Shown here in pieces: positions 27,702 through 38,162 of a stretch of 64,000 nucleotides of DNA (position 1 is the first letter of the stretch; every line of letters starts with the position of its first letter). A program made the translations under genes and the position numbers. Origin of the DNA: an uncultured Spirochaetota bacterium (GTDB lineage Bacteria; Spirochaetota; Spirochaetia; SZUA-6; Fen-1364); assembly GCA_963745235.1 (NCBI GenBank), contig CAVUXE010000035.1, positions 160,001 through 224,000 of the forward strand. Direction: 5' to 3'. Below the pieces are notes generated by a model. The model was not told the DNA's origin. It did not search any database and saw only the letters and a list, made by a program, of their open reading frames with translations.

Positions 27702-29377
27702 GACTTGCCTCGAACGGCCCCCTGCGATGCAGGGCCAACGCTTGCCGCGTAAGCATCAAGGAAGGAGCTCCCCGTCGACCTCACGGGGGGGCGGAACGCC
27801 GCCATCCTTCTCTGCCATTCTTTCGGGTCGATAAGAAGGTCGAGAGTTTTCCCGGGGATGTCAACGCGAATCCTGTCTCCGTCTTTCACAATGCCGAGGG
27901 GGCCGCCGGCGGCTGCCTCAGGGGTCACGTGACCGATGGAGGCCCCGCGGCTCGCTCCCGAGAACCTTCCGTCCGTGATCAAGGCCACCTCCTTGTCCAG
28001 CCCTATTCCCGCAATGGCCGATGTGGGTGAAAGCATCTCCCGCATGCCGGGTCCGCCCCGCGGACCTTCGTAGCGGATCACAACGACGTCGCCGGCACGT
28101 ATCTTTCCTCCCAGGATCGCCTCCTGCGCGCGCTCCTCGCAGTCGAAAACTCTCGCCGGTCCTTCGTGCACGAGCATGGAGGGGTCCACGGCCGCCTTCT
28201 TGACCACACATCCCTCGGGCGCGAGGTTGCCCTTCAGCACGGCAAGCCCTCCCTCGGCATGGTAGGGCTTTTCAGGCCGCGCAATGAAAGTTCCATCGGG
28301 TTCGGGCGCTTTTTCAAAAGACGCGGAGAGCGGCCTGCCGGACACCGTGACGGCCCGGTCATTGAGGCTGCCCATTTTCGCGAGCGTCTTCAGCACAGCC
28401 GGAATCCCGCCGGCCGAGTGCAGTTGCTCCATGTAATGGGGGCCGGAGGGCGCAAGCGAGCACAGGTGGGGGACCTGCGCGCTGATCCTGTCAAAGTCAT
28501 CCAGGGTGAGCTTCACCCCGGCGCAGGCCGCAATGGCGGGGAGGTGCAGCGCGGTGTTCGTGGACCCGCCAAGCGCCATGTCCAGCGCAACAGCGTTGAG
28601 GAACGCGTCCCGGGTCAGGATTTTCCGCGGACGAAGGTCTTCCACTACGGCCCTGACAGCCGCGCGCCCGGCCTCCCGCGCCAGCCGGCACCTGTCCGCG
28701 TAAACGGCCGGAATGGTCCCGTTTCCAGGGAGGGCAATTCCAAGCGCCTCCGCGAGGCAGTTCATGGAGTTTGCCGTGAAAAGCCCGGCGCAGGACCCGG
28801 TACCAGGGCACGCGCCGCACTCCAGGTCCTCGAGCTCCTGATCTCCCATTTTCCCGACGCCGTGCCTGCCCACGGCTTCGAAGACAGCTTCGAGCCCGAC
28901 CGGCCGACCCTCGAACCTGCCCGCCAGCATGGGCCCGCCGGAAACAAGGACAGAAGGGATGTCCAGCCGGGCAGCGGCCATCAGCATGCCGGGGACGATC
29001 TTGTCGCAGCTTGCCACCAGGACGAGGCCGTCCAGCCCGTGCGCCTGGGCGACGATCTCCACGGAGTCCGCAATCAGGTCCCTGCTGGGAAGCGAGTACT
29101 TCATCCCGGCGTGTCCCATGGCAAGGCCGTCACATACGCCGATGGTGCCGAACTCGCAGGCGATTCCGCCCTCGGACCAGATGCCTTCTTTCACGTGCTC
29201 CGCGACCTTGCGCAGGTCCCGGTGGCCCGGGATGAGCTCGCTGAAAGAGTTGGCGATGCCGATGACCGGCTTGCCGGCTGACGAGCGGTCCCATCCGAGG
29301 GCATGGAGGAGGCTCCTGTGCGGCGCGCGGGCCACCCCGTCCTGCACCGTCCCGCTTCTTCGATCCTTTGTTTCCAT
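27698..29377 (-). CDS. ilvD: Dihydroxy-acid dehydratase
   Basis: VCDGLAMGH.GMKYSL.SR, CDKIVPG, CAGLFTANSM, GGPGMREM, TDGRFSG. Confidence 0.96.
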   Translation of the reverse strand: METKDRRSGTVQDGVARAPHRSLLHALGWDRSSAGKPVIGIANSFSELIPGHRDLRKVAEHVKEGIWSEGGIACEFGTIGVCDGLAMGHAGMKYSLPSRDLIADSVEIVAQAHGLDGLVLVASCDKIVPGMLMAAARLDIPSVLVSGGPMLAGRFEGRPVGLEAVFEAVGRHGVGKMGDQELEDLECGACPGTGSCAGLFTANSMNCLAEALGIALPGNGTIPAVYADRCRLAREAGRAAVRAVVEDLRPRKILTRDAFLNAVALDMALGGSTNTALHLPAIAACAGVKLTLDDFDRISAQVPHLCSLAPSGPHYMEQLHSAGGIPAVLKTLAKMGSLNDRAVTVSGRPLSASFEKAPEPDGTFIARPEKPYHAEGGLAVLKGNLAPEGCVVKKAAVDPSMLVHEGPARVFDCEERAQEAILGGKIRAGDVVVIRYEGPRGGPGMREMLSPTSAIAGIGLDKEVALITDGRFSGASRGASIGHVTPEAAAGGPLGIVKDGDRIRVDIPGKTLDLLIDPKEWQRRMAAFRPPVRSTGSSFLDAYAASVGPASQGAVRGKS

Positions 29378-29398
29378 GTATCCTTCTCCCTGTTGCCG

Positions 29399-29436
29399 AA
29401 AATAAAAAGGGCCGTTCCCCCGAAGGAGAACGGCCC
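29399..29436 (-). terminator. Attenuator terminator of the ilv-leu operon
   Basis: GGGCCGTTCTCC-TTCG-GGGGAACGGCCC followed by TTTTTATTTT. Confidence 0.85.
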
Positions 29437-29465
29437 GCTGAATACGCCTTTCTGGCGTCAGCGAT

Positions 29466-29567
29466 CTACCCCTCGGGGCGTCCGATTCTCCTTGCAAGGA
29501 GAAGGCTAATAAGGATGAGTCCACCGGAAATGAGGGAAGATATGGCGTGCTGACTTTCAACGCTCAT
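29466..29567 (-). CDS. ilv/leu attenuation leader peptide (33 aa; absent from the ORF track)
   Basis: MSVESQHAISSLISGGLILISLLLARRIGRPEG*, with a Leu/Ile run, upstream of the terminator; TTGACA at 29602-29607. Confidence 0.8.
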   Translation of the reverse strand: MSVESQHAISSLISGGLILISLLLARRIGRPEG

Positions 29568-29610
29568 GGTGAACAAATATATAGTGCGGCGGGGGTGCTG
29601 CTGTCAAGTA

Positions 29611-31099
29611 TCAGAAGGTGTTTTTCCGGTCTTCGAACGATTTCTGGAGGCGCTCGAGGACCTTCATGAACCTTTCCTCCGAATCGATCCCGAACTCGCC
29701 CAGGACCGGCTTCTCCAGCTGCTCGAAGGTCACGTACCTTCGCTCCATGTCGCTCATGGCGCTGGCCAGGTAGACGCAGAAGACGACTTCCTTGTACTGA
29801 ACGGGCACGCTGAGCGGATCGTGATGGTGCTTGATGCCGAAGACAAGCTGTTCGGGGAAGTTCCATTTGCGCGCAATGAGCGCGCCGATCTCCGCGTGGT
29901 TCAGCCCGAAGGAAAAACGCTCCAGGATCCGCGGCGGGATGTCCTTCTCCTTGCAGAACCTCGTCATCTGCTCCATGGCCTCCGGGTGGAGGTACGTGAC
30001 GATGATCTGGCCCAGGTCATGGAGGATGCCGGAGACGTACGCGTCGTCCAGCAGGTCGCTCTTCGGTCTGAAGCTTCGCGCCAGGAGGAACGCGTAGAAA
30101 GCGACCTTGAAGGAGTGGTCCCACAGGGGTTTCATCTCCGCGTACTGCTCGCGGAGGATCTTCATGGCTCCATAGGAGTAGAGCAGGTTCCTCAGTCCCT
30201 TCATCCCGACGATCTTCACTCCCTGGAGGATGTTGTTCACTCTCTGGGGAAGCATGTAGTAGGCGGAGTTCACCAGCTTCAGCAGGTCCGCGGTGAGAGC
30301 GGGGTCCATGGCAATGCGGGCGGAAATCCTGGTGACCGTTGCCTTGGGATCTTCCGTGAGCCTGATCAACTCCATCACGACCTCGGGGAAATGGGGCAGG
30401 GAGTCGACGTCCCGCACGATGGCCTGCGTCAGCACGTTGATCTTTTCCAGCTGGACCTTGCTCATGGGGATGAGAACGGAGGCGATGGTCATCCCGTCCC
30501 GCGCCTCGATGGAGAAAGCCTCTTCCCCCAGTCCGAGTCTCTTGAGAAATTGCAGGAGGATCAGGATTCCCAGGCCAGCTCCCTCCCGGGAATCGAGGGG
30601 CGCGGCAAGGGCCTCCACGAAGGAATGGTACGCTCGCGCTCGAGCAATGCGGTCGTAGATGCGCGCCTGCTCGCTGGTCGTCAGCTCCGCGGAGTTTCGC
30701 ACGGAAATGGCCAGGTTTCCGCCCGTGGTATGAAAGGTGACGCTGATGAAAAGCTGCCGCCTGCGCAGCCGCTCCAGCCAGTGCTCCAGGTGCAGCGTCA
30801 TCTCCGCGCGGAAGCCTCTCATGCCCCTCTCGTAGTCTTCGTCGCGGGTGATGTCCAGGCCCTTCTCCTCGAAATAGAGGCGCTTCGTGTTCGCCTTCTG
30901 CGCATTTGACGATGAGCTCTTTCAGGCAATAGGAGAGTGGCTCGAGGATCCGCTCCTGTCCGAGCTCGGCAAGGTATATTTCCAGGATCCTGTCCAGCAG
31001 CGCATGGGAATCGTGGGGGAGGCTGGTGAGCTTGAAGGTCAGGGGAACGGATCTGAGCGCAGCCCTCTGGATTTCCGCGATGTCGATCCGCGGGGCCAT
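29611..31099 (-). CDS. HDOD domain protein with an N-terminal GHKL/HATPase-like domain, frameshifted at ~30906
   Basis: KELIV[N]AQKAN and GAGLG motifs; LPHFP, DPALTADLLKLVNSAYY, LHDLG, W.FP...HH; removing one A from AAA restores the frame. Confidence 0.82.
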
Positions 31100-32904
31100 C
31101 AGGAGACCGTGCCGCGCAGTCGCTTCGGGGTCCGTGCCCTCTCGGGCGGGTCGACTCTTGCGGGGCGTTCCAGGAAGGCATCCAGCATCTGGATCCTTTT
31201 GAACGTCTCCCGGTTCGAAACGAAGACGTCCACGACGTCCGGATCGAAATGCGTGCCTCTCTCCGAGACGATGACCCTGACGGCCTCTTCGTGGGGGAGC
31301 GTCCCCTTGTAGCTGCGTTTGCTGGTGAGGGCATCGTAGACATCCGCCAGGGCCACGATGCGCGCGGAGAGCGGGATGTCTTCTCCCGCGAGGCCGTCCG
31401 GATATCCTGACCCGTCCCACCGCTCATGGTGGGACAAGGCGATCTCCTTCCCGATGGAAAGGAAAGACTCCCGTTTGAGCTCGCGGTCCACCGCCCTCAA
31501 CGCCTCGCCGCCCAGGCGGGCGTGCATCTTGATCTTTTCGAACTCCTCAGGGGACAGCCGCCCTGTCTTCCTCAGGACCGCCTCATCGAGCCCCATTTTC
31601 CCGACATCATGCAGCACGGAAGACAGGCAGAGATCTTCGATGTAGTCCGGAGTGATGTAGTCCGCGTACGGGGGCAAAATGGCCAGCCCGGTGGCGAGGA
31701 CCCGGGTGTATTCCCGGATCCTCTCCAGGTGCCTGCTGTTGTCCAGGTCGCGGTATTCGGTGAGCCGCGCGAACCCGAGGACGGCTCCGGACTGCGTCTC
31801 ACGGATCTGCTGGAAGGACTCCTGCAGCTTCCTTTCCAGCCGCACGCGCTCGGTGAGATCCCGCTCCATGATCGCGTAGGCGATGGTTTCCCCCGTGGTT
31901 GTGGTGAGCGCGGAATACGAGGCGTACGTGAACTTGACGCTTCCGTCCCGGCACTTTCGAGGCACGTCGGTTTCCACGAAACGCCCTTTGTTCGTGTCCA
32001 CATTGGGCAGGATCTCCGCGAGGGTCGGCGCGCCTTTCAGGACCTGGAAGACCCCGCTGAAGCTCTTGCCGATGATCTCGGCCCACGGATAGCCGTACAG
32101 CTTCTCCGCGTAGTAGTTGCAATTGAGGATGGTTCCCAGGGGATCAACGATGATGACGGAGGAGAGGATCGTGTCGAAAAGGACGATGTAGTTGCGTTCC
32201 GAGATCTTGAGCCTTGCCTCCAGGTTCTTGACGTGGGTCACATCCTTGAAGTGCGTGGTGTATCCCAGGGCCATGCCGCGGTCGTCCCGGAGGACCCAGG
32301 AGGTGTCCAGCACGCGCAGCGATTTGCGGGACCGGGTCCGCAGGTGCGTTTCCAGGTTGGACACGCAGTCCGCTTCTGCCAGCCTCAGGATCTTGTCTTC
32401 CAGCTCTGCCGCATGTGGATACAGTGATGCGACGTTGGGAAGCTTGTCCTCCGTCTTCCATTCGAGCATCCGGTAGAATGCCGGGTTCGCGCACGTGATG
32501 GTGCCGCCGAGGTCAGCGGTAAAGAGCGGATCATGGATGTTGTGGAACATCTGGCGCAAAGCCAGGGAATCACGCCCCGGAGAGACGCGCGCCCCGTCCT
32601 GGACTGCCCTGAGGCGCACCAGGGTGTAGTGACCGCGGGCGCTTTCAACGATGAGTGAAGAAACAACGAAGCGGTGCGGCGCGCCGTTCCGGTCCTCCAC
32701 CATGGTTTCCCTTTCCCGCCCGGGTCCGGCGGATTCCAGGTGGAGACGCTGGAGAAAATCGTTCTCCCGCGCCAATATGTCGTTCGAGCGCAGCCCCGTG
32801 GTCTTCAGGAATACTTCATTGAAGAAAACTATCTTCCCGTCTTCGTTGAGGATGAGAAAGCCGTCAGCGAACTCTTCGATTATCTTCAGAAGCAATTCCG
32901 TCAC
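31099..32904 (-). CDS. Multi-PAS HD-GYP phosphodiesterase
   Basis: Three PAS-like repeats; EYRD, HLERI, LHDVGK, HHERWDGSGYP, ADVYDAL.SKRSYK. Confidence 0.92.
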   Translation of the reverse strand: MTELLLKIIEEFADGFLILNEDGKIVFFNEVFLKTTGLRSNDILARENDFLQRLHLESAGPGRERETMVEDRNGAPHRFVVSSLIVESARGHYTLVRLRAVQDGARVSPGRDSLALRQMFHNIHDPLFTADLGGTITCANPAFYRMLEWKTEDKLPNVASLYPHAAELEDKILRLAEADCVSNLETHLRTRSRKSLRVLDTSWVLRDDRGMALGYTTHFKDVTHVKNLEARLKISERNYIVLFDTILSSVIIVDPLGTILNCNYYAEKLYGYPWAEIIGKSFSGVFQVLKGAPTLAEILPNVDTNKGRFVETDVPRKCRDGSVKFTYASYSALTTTTGETIAYAIMERDLTERVRLERKLQESFQQIRETQSGAVLGFARLTEYRDLDNSRHLERIREYTRVLATGLAILPPYADYITPDYIEDLCLSSVLHDVGKMGLDEAVLRKTGRLSPEEFEKIKMHARLGGEALRAVDRELKRESFLSIGKEIALSHHERWDGSGYPDGLAGEDIPLSARIVALADVYDALTSKRSYKGTLPHEEAVRVIVSERGTHFDPDVVDVFVSNRETFKRIQMLDAFLERPARVDPPERARTPKRLRGTVS

Positions 32905-33044
32905 TCGAAGACCCCTTCACCTCGTCGGACACCTATCAACGGTACCACCCCAACTTCGCGCTGTCAACGCGAGCCGTTATTGTACGACAATGCGATTTAC
33001 ACCGGCGGCAGTTTCTCTCTATACTACGCTCCCAGGAGTCGTGG

Positions 33045-34940
33045 ATGAAGAAACTCCCCTTGTACGTCCTGCTTCTTCTTGCTCCTATCCTGCCCCTCTT
33101 GGGTGAGGATCTCGGCACGACCTGGCTCAAGGGGCAGGATGACAGCGGCAACCCGTGGGTGGAAAGCGCCGGTGTGTTGCCGCCGCGGCCCAGCGGGATC
33201 ATCGTTGGTCCCGCGGCAGAGCCGGCGTCCATTCTCTTCGACGGGCAGATGGTGCAGTCGGGAGGCCCGCTGCTGCCTCGCGCGGCGCCTGGCGCGCTAC
33301 CATGGCTACGCCCTTCCTGAAGTCTCCGACGGCACGCATACCGTGAGGGTGATCTTGCGGCGTCCGGATGAGCCGTCCGTCCCGCCGCTTCTGGCCGTGG
33401 TTGCACAGGAAGGCCTCGCGGCTCGCGCGGCGCTCCTGAACCTGCCCCTGGAAGCCGCTCCCGATATTCGCGGGATTGCTTTCCGTCCTTCTTGCCGTCC
33501 AGTTCGCCATCCTGGGCCTGCGCCAGCGGTCCCGCGAAACCCTCTTCCTTGCCGCCGCGCTGCTGGCCAGCGCGGCAAGCTGCCTCGTCACCGGTTTCTT
33601 TGCCACCTTCATGGACCGGGCGATGGTGGGAAAGGCGGAGCTGATCTCCCTTTTCGTCATGTGCTGCTTCCTGACACTCGCGTTCCTGGAGCTGCTGAAA
33701 TCTTTCCGGCTCCGCCTGTTTTTTCCTTTCGTCATTCCGCCGTTCCTCGCGGTGTTCGTGGTCGGCGCGGCAGCCACGTCGTCCCTCGCTTTCTACGCCG
33801 GGTCTGGCCGAGCGCGCGCTCCTGTGCGCATCGTTCGTCGCCCTTGCGCTCCTGTGCCTGCGCAGCGTCCTGAGAGCCGGCTTTCGGAGGGCAATCCAGC
33901 CCATGGCTCTTTCCGCGGTCCTGGCGTTGTCCTTTGCCGGCAGCGCGCTGGTTGACTTCTTCTTCCCCGGCTGGGGAACCCTCGGGTTCCTGCCGGGGCT
34001 CGCGGTGGCGCTGTTCGAGGGCAACCTGCTCATCAGCGAGCTGTCCCGGACGCAGGAGATGTACGGCCAGGCGAGCACGGAGCTCATAGACCGCATCGAG
34101 AGCGACTGGGAGATGATCGAACGGATCCGCGAAGGGAAGGAGCTCCTGGAAAAGCGCAACATCGACATTACCCGGCTGTCGGTCAAGCTCCTGGAGAGCG
34201 CGCAGAAGCAATCCTTCACCATCGGCGGCCTGATCGTGTCCCTGGAGGACGCCGGCACGGGTGAGGCCCAGGTTGTCACCAAGGAGAAAGAGATCCTGGG
34301 CCATACGGAGCAGGTGGACGGGCTCATCACGAGCTTCAACGCCCAGATTCACGAGACGCTGGCGGAAATGGAGGCGCTGTCACAGAGGTCCAACGTCATC
34401 CGCAAGGCCGTCAGCCAGATCATTGGAATCGCGGAAAAGACCCACATGCTTTCCCTGAACGCTTCCATAGAGGCGGCAAAGGCCGGGGCAGCGGGAAAGG
34501 GCTTCTCCGTGGTCGCGCAGGAAATCCGCAAGCTCGCGGACCTCACCAGGACCGTCTCAGATCACGTCACTGCCGTCATCAAGGACACCAACCGCGGAGT
34601 GGAGTCCGGAGTCGTCAGGATCAAGGGGTTGGGAACCGGGTTCTCAGAGATCATGAAGCGAAGCGAAGAAATCCGCACCATGATAGCGCAGAACTCCAGC
34701 GCCCTGGAAGACGTCACCCGCGCCCACAAGGAGATCCAGGACGGGCTGGCCGGTGTGGACACCCTCATCAGGTCCATCCTGGAGGTGTCGCACGACCTGC
34801 GGATGATGACCGACCGCCTGGCAAGCGCGTTCTCCTGGTTCGGCCAGACCCTCAAGCTGCGGGAGGAGCCGGCCCCCGGGGGCGAACCGGCGCGGGCGCT
34901 CAGCCCCGCCGTCGTTCCGGACGTGGACCCTTCACCGTGA
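33045..34940 (+). CDS. Methyl-accepting chemotaxis protein with periplasmic and multi-TM input, three frameshifts
   Basis: [37 protein letters not shown] hairpin tip; the N-terminal part is spread over frames with shifts at ~33292, ~33460 and ~33800. Confidence 0.8.
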
Positions 34941-35375
34941 CGGCACGCCGCCTGTCGGGGCCGGGCCTGCCAGGCAGAGCCACTCCGCTTCGACTGCAAG
35001 CTCATCTCCCACCCAGCTCTTGCCCGCCTGGCGGATCACGGACGTGCCCACCCGAAGGTTGGAGATGACCATGCGGACCTCGTCCCCCGGCCTGACCTGG
35101 CGGCGGAACTTCGCCTTTTCAACCGTGGCAAGCACGAAAAGAGACGAGCCGCTTGACGGGTTCGCCGCGCGAACGCCCGCTCCTCCGCACTGCGCCAGGG
35201 CCTCAATGAGGATGACACCGGGAACAACGGGGTACCCCGGGAAGTGTCCGGGGAAGAAGAACTCGGTTTCCAGGAAGCGCTTGTACCCCACAATCTCGTC
35301 CTTGTCGGACTTCTCGAGCCGATCGACGAACAGGAAAGGTTCCCGATGAGGGAGGAGTTGTTTCATGTCGGTCAT
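34932..35375 (-). CDS. fabZ: 3-hydroxyacyl-ACP dehydratase
   Basis: [43 protein letters not shown]. Confidence 0.93.
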   Translation of the reverse strand: MTDMKQLLPHREPFLFVDRLEKSDKDEIVGYKRFLETEFFFPGHFPGYPVVPGVILIEALAQCGGAGVRAANPSSGSSLFVLATVEKAKFRRQVRPGDEVRMVISNLRVGTSVIRQAGKSWVGDELAVEAEWLCLAGPAPTGGVPSR

Positions 35376-35524
35376 GACGGGGACAGTAGCACGGACGGGA
35401 CCGCCTGGAAAGCTGGCTGAAGGGTATCCATGCCGCTGAATTGACAGGGCAGGAGGGCTGATGGTAATTTCCGACTAATTTTGTAATGGATCAGCGGCTA
35501 AACGTTTTCACGGGGGGATAATCA

Positions 35525-35971
35525 ATGGAATTGAATGAGCTGTACGCCCTGATGGAAAAATTCGAGAAGAGCGGGCTGTCGGAGCTCGTCTTCAAGCGCA
35601 ACGGAGACGAGATCTGCCTGAAAAAGAACCTGACGGCTCCCGCCCCGTCGGTCGTTCATGTTCCCGTGACCCCTGCCCCGCATGAAGTTCGCCCGCCCGC
35701 CCCGGAAACGGCGGCCCAGAAGGCGCCGGACACGGAGATCATCACCGCTCCCCTGGTCGGGACCTTCTACCGCGCGGCCGCGCCGGACGCACCCCCTTTC
35801 GTCGAGATCGGTGACACGGTGAAGAAGGGCAAGACACTCTGCATCCTGGAGGCAATGAAGCTGATGAACGAGTTCCAGGCGGAGTTCGACCTGGAGATCG
35901 TCAACATCATGGTGGAGAACGGACGCATGGTGGAATACGGCGCACCGCTGTTCGAGGTAAGGAGGGTATGA
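35525..35971 (+). CDS. accB: Acetyl-CoA carboxylase biotin carboxyl carrier protein
   Basis: APLVGTFYRA, EAMKLMN biotinylation motif. Confidence 0.95.
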   Translation: MELNELYALMEKFEKSGLSELVFKRNGDEICLKKNLTAPAPSVVHVPVTPAPHEVRPPAPETAAQKAPDTEIITAPLVGTFYRAAAPDAPPFVEIGDTVKKGKTLCILEAMKLMNEFQAEFDLEIVNIMVENGRMVEYGAPLFEVRRV

Positions 35972-37293
35972 TCCAGAGCCTCCTCATTGCCAACCGGGGG
36001 GAGATCGCCGTTCGTGTCATCAGGTGCTCCCGGCAGATGGGGGTGCGAAGCGTGATCGCCTATTCCCAGGCTGACCGGGATTCGCTTCCCGTGAGGATGG
36101 CTGATGACCGTGTCTGCATAGGCCCTCCGCCCGCCCGGGAGAGCTATCTCAACGTGCGCAATCTCGTGACGGCCGCCGTGCTCTCCCACTGTGACGCGGT
36201 CCATCCCGGCGTCGGGTTTCTCGCGGAGAACGCAGACTTCGCCCGGGAGGTTCGTGACGCCGGGCTCATCTTCGTGGGTCCTGACCCGGAGGTGATCGAG
36301 CTGCTCGGGGACAAGATCCGGGCCAAGCGCTCCGCTCGTGACGAGGGGATCCCCGTGATCCCCGGCAGCGACGGCTCGGTGGAGAACGCCGCGGAAGCCC
36401 TTTCCGCTGCGAACGCAATCGGCTATCCGGTGATCGTGAAGGCGGCCGCCGGCGGTGGAGGGAAGGGGATGCGCATTGTGCGCTCCGGTGGCGAGCTGGG
36501 TGAAATCCTGGCGATTGCATCCCATGAGGCGGAAAAGGCGTTCTCCGACGGGACCATGTACCTGGAGAAGTACCTCGAGAACCCCCGTCACGTCGAGATC
36601 CAGATCATCGCGGACCGCAAGGGGAACGTGGTCCACCTGGGAGAGAGGGACTGCACGGTCCAGCAGAACCACCAGAAGCTCGTGGAGGAGAGCCCGTCCA
36701 TGGCGGTTGACCCGGCCCTGCGGACCCGCATGGGAAACGATGCGGTTCGGCTGTTGTCGACCGTCGGATACACGGGGGCGGGGACGGTGGAGTTCCTTGT
36801 CCAGGATGGCAAGCACTACTTCATGGAAGTCAACGCGCGGGTCCAGGTGGAGCACCCGGTTTCGGAGACCGTGACGGGAGTCGACATCATCCGCCAGCAG
36901 ATCCTCGCGGCGAGCGACCAGCCCCTGGAGGTCACCCAGGAGGACGTGCACCTGTCCGGGTACGCCATGGAGTGCCGCATAAACGCGCGCTCCGCCGGGA
37001 AAGTCACCCGCCTGCACCTGCCGGGCGGCTTCGGCGTGCGAATTGACACGTTCCTCTTTGCCGGCTACACCGTCCCCCCCTGGTATGACCACCTGGTCGC
37101 GAAGCTCATCGTGTCGGGACACAACCGTCGGGAGGGAATCAAGGGGATGGAGAGCGCCCTGGCGGAGCTTGTCATCGAAGGGATTGCAACCAACATCGAA
37201 GCGCAGAAGAAAATCATTGCCCACCCGGCCTTCCGAAAGGGCGACTATGGAACGGGATTTCTCGCGGAGGTGCAGAAGGAGGGCATTCTGTGA
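35968..37293 (+). CDS. accC: Biotin carboxylase
   Basis: LIANRGEIA, HPGVGFLAEN, KAAAGGGGKGMR, MEVNARVQVEHPV. Confidence 0.95.
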   Translation: MIQSLLIANRGEIAVRVIRCSRQMGVRSVIAYSQADRDSLPVRMADDRVCIGPPPARESYLNVRNLVTAAVLSHCDAVHPGVGFLAENADFAREVRDAGLIFVGPDPEVIELLGDKIRAKRSARDEGIPVIPGSDGSVENAAEALSAANAIGYPVIVKAAAGGGGKGMRIVRSGGELGEILAIASHEAEKAFSDGTMYLEKYLENPRHVEIQIIADRKGNVVHLGERDCTVQQNHQKLVEESPSMAVDPALRTRMGNDAVRLLSTVGYTGAGTVEFLVQDGKHYFMEVNARVQVEHPVSETVTGVDIIRQQILAASDQPLEVTQEDVHLSGYAMECRINARSAGKVTRLHLPGGFGVRIDTFLFAGYTVPPWYDHLVAKLIVSGHNRREGIKGMESALAELVIEGIATNIEAQKKIIAHPAFRKGDYGTGFLAEVQKEGIL

Positions 37294-38162
37294 TCAGATT
37301 CAACAGGATAGAGGAGTGGATCCGCGGGCGCACGGAGCACACCGTGCAGAAAAAGCGCGACGAACGGCAGTTCATCGACGCGAAGAACTCGTGCCCGTCC
37401 TGCCAGCACCCCCTCAACCCCGCGGAATTGGAAGCAACCCTGTACGTCTGCCCGCACTGTGGTCATCATTTCCGCCTCACCGCGTGGGAGCGCATCCGTC
37501 ACACCGCGGACGAGGGCGTGTTCCAGGAGTTTTCTTCTGACCTCGAGTCCACCAACCCGCTGCAGTTCCCCGAATACGAGGAGAAGCTGGCCGCGGCATC
37601 GCGGAAGACAGGGGTGAAGGAAGCGGTGGTCACCGGGTTGTGCAAGGTGGGGGGCCGGGAGGTCGTGCTCGCGGTGATGGACTTCCGCTTCATTGGAGGC
37701 AGCATGGGCTCCGTGGTCGGGGAGAAGATCATGCGGGCCATGCTGGTGGGCGCGGAAAAGAGAGTCCCCGTCATCGCTTTCACGGCGTCCGGTGGCGCCC
37801 GCATGCAGGAGGGGATCCTTTCCCTCATGCAAATGGCCAAGACCGCCGTGGCCACGCAGGCCCTGGAGAAGAGCCGGTGCCCCTACTTCGTCGTTCTCAC
37901 GGATCCCACCACGGCAGGGGTGCTCGCCTCCTTCGCCATGCTGGGGGACGTCATCATGGCGGAGCCGGGCGCGCTCATGCGGTTTGCCGGCGCGCGGGTC
38001 GTGGCGGGGACCATCCGGGAGAAAGTGCCGGAGAACTTTCCCCTTTCCCAGTATCACTTCGAAAAAGGATTCATTGACCGCATCGTGCCCCGCGGGGAGC
38101 TGAAGAAGACACTTGGCTTCCTGCTTGCCACCCATGCGGTCCCGCAGGGAGGAAGGGGATGA
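37290..38162 (+). CDS. accD: Acetyl-CoA carboxylase carboxyltransferase beta subunit
   Basis: CPSC...CPHC zinc ribbon, GGSMGSVVGEKI, SGGARMQEG. Confidence 0.95.
   Translation: MIRFNRIEEWIRGRTEHTVQKKRDERQFIDAKNSCPSCQHPLNPAELEATLYVCPHCGHHFRLTAWERIRHTADEGVFQEFSSDLESTNPLQFPEYEEKLAAASRKTGVKEAVVTGLCKVGGREVVLAVMDFRFIGGSMGSVVGEKIMRAMLVGAEKRVPVIAFTASGGARMQEGILSLMQMAKTAVATQALEKSRCPYFVVLTDPTTAGVLASFAMLGDVIMAEPGALMRFAGARVVAGTIREKVPENFPLSQYHFEKGFIDRIVPRGELKKTLGFLLATHAVPQGGRG

Noticed and set aside
29380-29610. T-box or riboswitch upstream of ilvD
   Set aside because: No T-box consensus (GGTGGNACC) or recognisable aptamer; a leader peptide plus terminator explains the region
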